NCBI GenBank assembly: GCA_947501605.1
Contig: CANMWZ010000030.1
Coordinates: 1-51,600, forward strand
Direction: 5' to 3'
Length of the DNA stretch: 51,600 bases
DNA from: Planctomycetota bacterium
Lineage (GTDB): Bacteria; Planctomycetota; UBA1135; UBA2386
The notes under the pieces are model-generated. The model was not told where the DNA came from. It did no database searches and saw only the letters and a program-made list of their open reading frames with translations. This document shows positions 45,713-51,600 of this stretch, piece by piece. Within the stretch, counting starts at the first letter, position 1. Every line of letters starts with the position of its first letter. A program made the position numbers and the translations under genes.

Positions 45713-47276
45713 CGGCAGAACGGTCGAGTTCGAGCGTGTGCCACGTCGAGACCGACTTGGAAGCAGTGTGCGAGTCGACCGAGCCGTTCCAGACCGCGAA
45801 TGCGACCAACAGCTTCTGCCCACTGACCATCGCGATCTCACCCTTCTCGTGGGCAGCGAGGCTGCGCGTCATCTGCAGTGTCCAGGTGCCGTCGCGCCAC
45901 ACCGGCGTTGCGACGATCGTGCGTCCCTGACCGCGATGCTGCGTCATGCCAAGCGGACCGTGGACTGACAGCGTCTCGCCCCGCCGCGATGGCGCCGTGA
46001 GGCCAGGCAGCTGCGGCGACACGTCCGATTCGGTCTGACCGAGATGGCTGAGCAGATCGAGAGCGCCAGCAACGTCGTCGCGTCGGAACGCCTTCCAGTG
46101 CCAGATCTCGACCGCATCGCTGCCGCCCATGGCGAACTGCGGCGGCTCACGCTCGTCGCTCCACTGCATCGCCGCACCATCGCCCTGCATGGACTCGCCG
46201 GTAGCGCGGTCGTCGCGAGTGCGATCCGACCACGTCAACTGAACCACCAGGCGGTCGCCGTCGTGCACCGCCCGCACGGAAGCCTCGAACACGGCATTCT
46301 GGCGCCACCACAGAGGTGCCAGCGGAATGCGCACAGCCTCGAAGTCGTTCCACGTGAGGTCTGCCGCATCGTTGGGGACATTCGCTACTCGCGCAGCATG
46401 CAAGTGGCGGCGCCACTGGACGTGATGCCCGTCGCTGCCGTCTGCGATCTTGCTGACGAGGTGATCGATCAGCATCGCGCACTCGATGTCCGTGAGCTCC
46501 GTCGGCGGCATGCCGGCGCCTGGGATGCCCGCGCGGACTCGGTGCGTGAGCGCGGCGCGACTCGCGTCACCGCGGAGAAACCCAGCCGTGAAGTCACGCG
46601 GCCAGACCATGTCGGCGACTCCGGCCCAGTCGGCAGCGGGTGCGCGACCCTTGCCATCTTCACCGTGACACGCCGAGCAGTGGCGACGATACAACTGCTC
46701 GCCGGCCACCCGGTCCGCTGCGGCGACTGCGGCGGCCGCCAGTGGCTCCGGCACCACGACCAGCGGCCCCGGCTGCAAGCGTCGCTCGGCCTCAGCGCGA
46801 ACTTGTTCCGCCGTCGTCGCGATGCCGAGTAGCGCAGCGCGCGAGCGCAGCGAGTCCGTCATGCCGGCGATCGCGAGCCCGCGCACGTGCTGCGCCAGCT
46901 CCAGCAAGGCCGCGTCGCCAAGCCAGGCATAGGCCGGCATCGCCGAGCCCGGGAGTCCGCGACGCAGCGTCGCGACGAGGTCGTCGTCGGTGGGGACGCC
47001 GTTCTGCGTACTGACCAGCTTGAAGACGCCGGCGCGAAACGCTCGCGGACGCGGAAAGAGCAGGGAGCAAACCGGAGTCTCGCCGTCGCCGCTGAGCCCG
47101 TGGCAACCGGCGCAGTGGCGCACGAACAGCGCGGCCCCATGAGTCAGGGTTGGCGCACCACCACCACCGACGGGGCTAGCGCACGACGTGAAGGCGATAG
47201 CTAGGACTGTGACTGCAGCCAACAGGAGTGCGGTGGCGACAAGGGCCCAAAGGGCGCGGACGGGATGCGGTGCCAT
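45666..47276 (-). CDS. Diheme c-type cytochrome fused to an ethylbenzene-dehydrogenase-gamma-like (EB_dh, heme b) domain
   Basis: CAGCHG..GDG/PRPRAF/GLPGSAMP and CSACHG.DGKG/PRDFT/GIPGAGMP, then RAVHDG..L...LTWSD, FAMGG, EIWHWKA and VAFAVWNG. Confidence 0.85.
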   Translation of the reverse strand: MAPHPVRALWALVATALLLAAVTVLAIAFTSCASPVGGGGAPTLTHGAALFVRHCAGCHGLSGDGETPVCSLLFPRPRAFRAGVFKLVSTQNGVPTDDDLVATLRRGLPGSAMPAYAWLGDAALLELAQHVRGLAIAGMTDSLRSRAALLGIATTAEQVRAEAERRLQPGPLVVVPEPLAAAAVAAADRVAGEQLYRRHCSACHGEDGKGRAPAADWAGVADMVWPRDFTAGFLRGDASRAALTHRVRAGIPGAGMPPTELTDIECAMLIDHLVSKIADGSDGHHVQWRRHLHAARVANVPNDAADLTWNDFEAVRIPLAPLWWRQNAVFEASVRAVHDGDRLVVQLTWSDRTRDDRATGESMQGDGAAMQWSDEREPPQFAMGGSDAVEIWHWKAFRRDDVAGALDLLSHLGQTESDVSPQLPGLTAPSRRGETLSVHGPLGMTQHRGQGRTIVATPVWRDGTWTLQMTRSLAAHEKGEIAMVSGQKLLVAFAVWNGSVDSHTASKSVSTWHTLELDRSAATSDRAAATSRTGLR

Positions 47277-47420
47277 GACCTCACCGTAGGCAACTCGCAC
47301 CGCGTTCCCGAGGAGCGACCCGGGTCATGTCAGGGCAAACGAGTGCGTAGTCCAGCCTGATCTCGTCGGCTCAGTGCAACCCCAATTGGCTTACCCGACG
47401 TGACGCACCCGACGCTGTCG

Positions 47421-48581
47421 TCAGTTGCCAAGCCGAAGAATGCCGCCACTGGTGACCGCGCCAACCGCGTCGTTGGCGAAGGCCAGAGCCTGCACGTAGA
47501 CCTCGACTCCAGCGAGGTGCGGCAGCATTGGCACCGCGAGCGACCATGTCATGCCACCGGTCGCGGAGGCGGTACCGATCAGCCAAGCCTCCGAGTATCG
47601 CAACGGATTGACGAACAGGAACTCGTCGATGTTGGCCAGCGGCACGGCTGCGGATTCGAGTCCGAGGACGCCGACGATCGGTGCGTACGGGATCATGTCG
47701 CGGATCTGCAGCGAGAACGACGACCCGAGCACTGGGGCACTCGTGCGCCATGCGGCAGTCAGCGTCGGTTCGGACGTGCCAGCACCCTTGCCAAACTCGG
47801 AAAAGCAGGCACCGGACGGGGTCGGAGGCGGCAGGACCTGGGTCAGCACCTGGAACACGCGGTCCGCGATGATCTGCTCGCCGGCTGCGTTCGGATGCAC
47901 TTGGTCCGCGAGGTGCAACTGACTGTCGATGCCGGTGTGCAGATCGACGACCCGAACACCGGGCAACGACGCAAGGCCAGCAATCGCCGCGTTCACGGCC
48001 AGGATGCCCTGATCGAGACCGTAGATCGGACCACTCGGCGGCAAGTTGAGCGCCGGACTCGGCACCAGCACGGCCGGCAGCGGCGGCACCTGCGCGATGA
48101 CGATCTGCATGTTCGCGTTGTAGGGCGGGTTCTGCAGGATCCCGATCATCGAGCGCAAGAACTGGTCGGCGAGGTCGGCAATCTGCTGCGCGCTGAGCGA
48201 GTAGAACACCGTGCCTTTGATGACGTCGTTGGTGCCGAGCTGGATCACGGCGATGTCCGCGTCGAACTGCGGGATCGGCGCCAGCAACTGGAAGCACATC
48301 TCGAACGACGACTCGCCCGAGAAACCGTAGTGGTCGAGGTCGTAGGTCGGCCGAGTCGGAGTGCGCCCACCGATGACGCCGCGCCGCCCGCCCACGAAGT
48401 CAAAGCAGTAACCGGCACCGTTCAATCGCTCCCACAGCGGCTGGCGGAACGTCGGACGAGTAATCGTGCCCTCGGTGATCGAGTCGCCGATGAAGACGAT
48501 GCGCGGATGCGGTGCCTGCGCGAGGAGGCTCGCGGCCATGGCGACGCATGCGAAGAACCCGGACACGATAGGGTGGCGCAT
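47421..48581 (-). CDS. Secreted SGNH/GDSL hydrolase with shared C-terminal domain
   Basis: Signal peptide ending LLA-Q; GDSITEG, FDFVG, H.G.SG, LGTND and DQVHPN. Confidence 0.9.
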   Translation of the reverse strand: MRHPIVSGFFACVAMAASLLAQAPHPRIVFIGDSITEGTITRPTFRQPLWERLNGAGYCFDFVGGRRGVIGGRTPTRPTYDLDHYGFSGESSFEMCFQLLAPIPQFDADIAVIQLGTNDVIKGTVFYSLSAQQIADLADQFLRSMIGILQNPPYNANMQIVIAQVPPLPAVLVPSPALNLPPSGPIYGLDQGILAVNAAIAGLASLPGVRVVDLHTGIDSQLHLADQVHPNAAGEQIIADRVFQVLTQVLPPPTPSGACFSEFGKGAGTSEPTLTAAWRTSAPVLGSSFSLQIRDMIPYAPIVGVLGLESAAVPLANIDEFLFVNPLRYSEAWLIGTASATGGMTWSLAVPMLPHLAGVEVYVQALAFANDAVGAVTSGGILRLGN

Positions 48582-48714
48582 AGGCGGCAAAGGCTACGCT
48601 CATTGTGCGTTTGTGCCAGTGCGAAGCCGCAGGCGACGGGACGGTCGTTCGCGACGTTTCGATGTCAGCGACTGCAGCGGTGGGCGCAACGGTCCGCAAA
48701 ACCCCGAAAACGTC

Positions 48715-50175
48715 ATGCCTGGACACGACTTCCGTCCGCCAGCTCCCCGCCGCGTCTTTTGCAACCGCACCCTGAACATGCGTTCGGTGCAGGCCATCGG
48801 TTTCGACATGGACTACACGCTGGTCCACTATGACGTTCCGGAATGGGAGTCGAGGGCCTATGCGCACGTGCAGCGAAAACTCGCGCAGATGGGTCACCCG
48901 GTCGCGGACCTGAGGTTCGATCCGGAGCTGTTCTCGCGCGGCCTCGTCATCGACCTCGAACTCGGCAACATCGTCAAAGCCAACCGCTTTGGCTACATCG
49001 TCAAAGCCGCACACGGCACGCAGCTGATGGCCCACGATGCCATGCGCAAGATCTACAGCCAGGTGTGGATCGACCTGCACGAGCCGCGCTGGGTCTTTCT
49101 CAACACGCTGTTCTCGCTGTCCGAAGCCTGCCTCTACGGTCAGATGGTCGAGCTGCTCGATGGCGGCAAGCTGGGCGAGCTCGGCTACGGCGCGCTCTAC
49201 GAGCTCGTCAAGACGACGATGGACGCTGCGCACCTCGAAGGCGAACTGAAGGCTGACGTCATCGCCGATCCGGAACGCTTCGTCACTGTCGACCCTGATC
49301 TGCCGCGCGCGCTACTCGACCTCAAGCACGCCGGCAAGCGGTTGTTTCTCGCGACCAACAGCGAATGGCACTACACGCTGCCGATGATGCAGTTCACGTT
49401 CGACCGGTTCCTCGGCAAGGGCAACTGGCAGGACCTGTTCGAGCTGGTCATCGTGCAGTCGCGCAAACCGTCGTTCTTTGATGGTGCGGCGCCGTTTGTC
49501 GCGATCGACGAGCACGGCAAAGAAGTCTCGACGGACGCCAAGCTGCAGGCTCATGGCCGCTATCGCGGCGGCAACGCGCGCATCGTGCAGGAGTACCTCG
49601 GCTGCGGTGGCGAGTCGATCCTCTACGTCGGCGACCATATGTACGCCGACGTGCACGTCAGCAGTCGCATTCGCCGGTGGCGCACGGCCCTGGTTCTGCG
49701 CGAGCTCGAGAACGAGGTCGGGCAGGAACAGGTGTTTGCCGAGCAACAGCAAGAGCTGCAGCGACTGATGACGCAGAAGGAGCGCCTCGACCGCGAACAG
49801 GCCCTGTTGCGGCTGTGCTTGCAGCGCCACGACCACGGCTTGCCGATGCCAGCCGAATTGCCCGAGACGTTGCGGCCGGCTGCGAGCGGCACCCAGGCAA
49901 TCGTCGAACGACTGCGTGAGTTGCGCCACGACGGCGAAGCGCTGGACCGCAGGATCCAACCGATCGCCATCCACGCTGGCGAACTTGGCCATGTGCGGTG
50001 GGGTCCGCTGATGCGAGCTGGCGGTGACAAGAGCCAGTTGGCGCGACAGATCGAGACGCACGCCGATATCTACACATCGCGTGTCGCCAACTTGCTGCAC
50101 CTCACGCCGTTCGGGTATCTGCGCGCATCGCGCGGCAGTTTGCCTCACGACGCGCGGCCGCCAAGCGAACGCTGA
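48715..50175 (+). CDS. HAD-IG family 5'-nucleotidase (cN-II-like)
   Basis: VFCNRTLNM, GFDMDYTLVHY, RGLVID...GN..K, LFLATNS, KPSFF, LYVGDHMYAD, WRT.LV..ELE and ADIYTS. Confidence 0.93.
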   Translation: MPGHDFRPPAPRRVFCNRTLNMRSVQAIGFDMDYTLVHYDVPEWESRAYAHVQRKLAQMGHPVADLRFDPELFSRGLVIDLELGNIVKANRFGYIVKAAHGTQLMAHDAMRKIYSQVWIDLHEPRWVFLNTLFSLSEACLYGQMVELLDGGKLGELGYGALYELVKTTMDAAHLEGELKADVIADPERFVTVDPDLPRALLDLKHAGKRLFLATNSEWHYTLPMMQFTFDRFLGKGNWQDLFELVIVQSRKPSFFDGAAPFVAIDEHGKEVSTDAKLQAHGRYRGGNARIVQEYLGCGGESILYVGDHMYADVHVSSRIRRWRTALVLRELENEVGQEQVFAEQQQELQRLMTQKERLDREQALLRLCLQRHDHGLPMPAELPETLRPAASGTQAIVERLRELRHDGEALDRRIQPIAIHAGELGHVRWGPLMRAGGDKSQLARQIETHADIYTSRVANLLHLTPFGYLRASRGSLPHDARPPSER

Positions 50176-50342
50176 CGAGCCCTGGACGCGGCGTTCCACA
50201 GCGCCTGCGTGCACGGCAAGAACCCGGTGGCGGAGGGCAAGAAGCGGGCGCGCCGCTGAAACTCGAGAGTCGGCGCCGCGGTCATCGGCATCGGGCCGGG
50301 CCGCAGCGGCTTGCGCCTTGTGAAGGCACTTGCAGCGCTGCG

Positions 50343-50900
50343 TCACCGCAGTTGGCGATTCCACTCCTTGCTGGTGATGACAGGCTCGCTCTCGAGCACT
50401 CGCTGATCGTCGCGACTGGCACGGCCGACGCGGATCTCCCAGAACCCACCGAGCTGGTTGAGCCACGTTCCAATCGAGTTTCGTTGCTCGATCGTCAAGG
50501 TCTCCCACGCGGTCTCGGATAGGACGACGCGGTTGGTCGAAGAATCGCGCGCGGCACTCTCGTCGACCCTGCTGCTGTGAGCGATACCCGCGTGCTGCTC
50601 TGCCAACGCGGCATACAGCTCGCGACCGGACAGTGCCGCTTTGCGCACTGTTCGCTCCGCACCACCTGGAACCGCCATCAGAACCAGAGTGAACACGACG
50701 GCAGCACCCGAGCCGACGAAGGCCATCGTTCGCGGTTCGCGCAGTTTGGGCAGCACGCTGCGAATCGACGCAGCCTTCTGCCCCAGCCACCGCGTCGCTT
50801 CGGGGACGCGAGCATGCAAGGTATGCAGGCTCTTGACCGTCCGACCACGGAGTTGCTCGATCTGCTCGACCAACCGCTTCATGACTGGATGCTGCTTCAT
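50343..50900 (-). CDS. Hypothetical protein with one central TM helix
   Basis: Open frame with hydrophobic stretch AFVGSGAAVVFTLVLMAV; translationally adjacent to the upstream lipoprotein. Confidence 0.6.
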   Translation of the reverse strand: MKQHPVMKRLVEQIEQLRGRTVKSLHTLHARVPEATRWLGQKAASIRSVLPKLREPRTMAFVGSGAAVVFTLVLMAVPGGAERTVRKAALSGRELYAALAEQHAGIAHSSRVDESAARDSSTNRVVLSETAWETLTIEQRNSIGTWLNQLGGFWEIRVGRASRDDQRVLESEPVITSKEWNRQLR

Positions 50901-50902
50901 GG

Positions 50903-51295
50903 TCACCTCACTTTGTTGAACTTGGGCTGACCGAACAGGTCCTGGCCCTCGGGCTCGTAGATCGAGTGCACCTCACTGTCGACGGTCAGCACTTTGTAGG
51001 TGCGCCAACCGGTGAACGCGCCGAACTGGTTCTTTGCGTTCACGTCGGTCCAGATGACCCATCCGTAAACAAAGCCCTTCTGGTCGTGGCCCCACCCCTG
51101 CTCCGGCTCGCCACAACGGAACTCCGCTTGGTCAGGATCCAGCAGCAGCGGTCGGAAGGCTTCGCGAATGCGCGCGGCCAGCGACGCTGTTGGCGTCGGG
51201 CCGTAGTTCGCGGTCTCGAGCGCCTTCGCGCCTGGAGTCGCCGCACAAGCGCCTAGCGCCAGCACAGCGAGAACGGTCCATCGACAAGAATGCAC
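50903..51295 (-). CDS. Hypothetical lipoprotein
   Basis: Lipobox LGAC; L.DP..A.F and VNAKN.FG.FTG motifs typical of small conserved lipoproteins. Confidence 0.7.
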   Translation of the reverse strand: MHSCRWTVLAVLALGACAATPGAKALETANYGPTPTASLAARIREAFRPLLLDPDQAEFRCGEPEQGWGHDQKGFVYGWVIWTDVNAKNQFGAFTGWRTYKVLTVDSEVHSIYEPEGQDLFGQPKFNKVR

Positions 51296-51390
51296 AGGTC
51301 CCCCCTCGGCCCACTGTAGGCTCGGGACCTGTGTCGAAGAGAACGGCAGCGACCTTGACCACAGGATTGCAAGCGGTGTCGTTGCGAGAC

Positions 51391-51600
51391 ATGCACCGAG
51401 AACGCTCCGCCGCCACGTGCCTTGGCATGGGCATCGTCGCTGCATCGCTCGCGATGCTGGTCGGCGGCTGCACTTCGCGGCCATGGTTCGACCCGGTTCC
51501 GCGCGGCCACGCCCACAACGACTACTTGCACGCACGACCGCTGCTGGATGCCTTGCGAGCGGGCTTCGCCAGCGTCGAGGTCGATGTCTTTCTGCGCGAC
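51391..51600 (+). CDS. PI-PLC-like/GDPD-like phosphodiesterase lipoprotein, 5' part only
   Basis: Reads MHRERSAATCLGMGIVAASLAMLVGGC...HAHNDYLHARPLLDALRAGFASVEVDVFL; runs off the window end. Confidence 0.8.
   Translation, partial: MHRERSAATCLGMGIVAASLAMLVGGCTSRPWFDPVPRGHAHNDYLHARPLLDALRAGFASVEVDVFLRD

Noticed and set aside
47324..47400. Resemblance to a c-di-GMP-I riboswitch (ggtca...cagggcaaac...tccagcctga...ggcttaccc)
   Set aside because: It lacks the GAAA-tetraloop P2 and the GACGCAAAGC core, and there is no + strand gene downstream to regulate.
1..51600. Frequent GTCGAC and CGATCG hexamers (HIP1-like overrepresentation)
   Set aside because: Explainable by GTC-GAC and xCG-ATC-G codon pairs at high GC; enrichment cannot be shown without a Markov-model count.

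Overview
A high-GC bacterial chromosomal segment with about 43 CDS. The gene content (tpiA-secG-yicC-gmk-coaC order, carboxypeptidase-regulatory-repeat protein, many secreted proteins) suggests a Planctomycetota-like organism; this is an inference. Housekeeping blocks are glmU-prs-rplY, aroF-tpiA-secG-yicC-gmk-coaC-prmA and iscS-like/mutS. Accessory loci are a hipBA module, a lower-GC pair of secreted proteins, a five-gene sulfane-sulfur operon (CstB-like MBL-rhodanese, two YeeE/YedE, triple rhodanese, ArsR), a cobalamin riboswitch locus, a TonB receptor and an orphan diheme cytochrome c/EB_dh fusion. The strongest unexplained signal is that five signal-peptide-bearing proteins with unrelated N-terminal domains end in a similar ~105-140 aa C-terminal module (P-x4/5-G-xx-[LVI]-x-x-Q...T), a candidate protein sorting/anchoring domain. 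One of these five is controlled by the B12 riboswitch. No CRISPR array, tRNA, rRNA or transposase was recognised. All calls are by eye, with no database searches.
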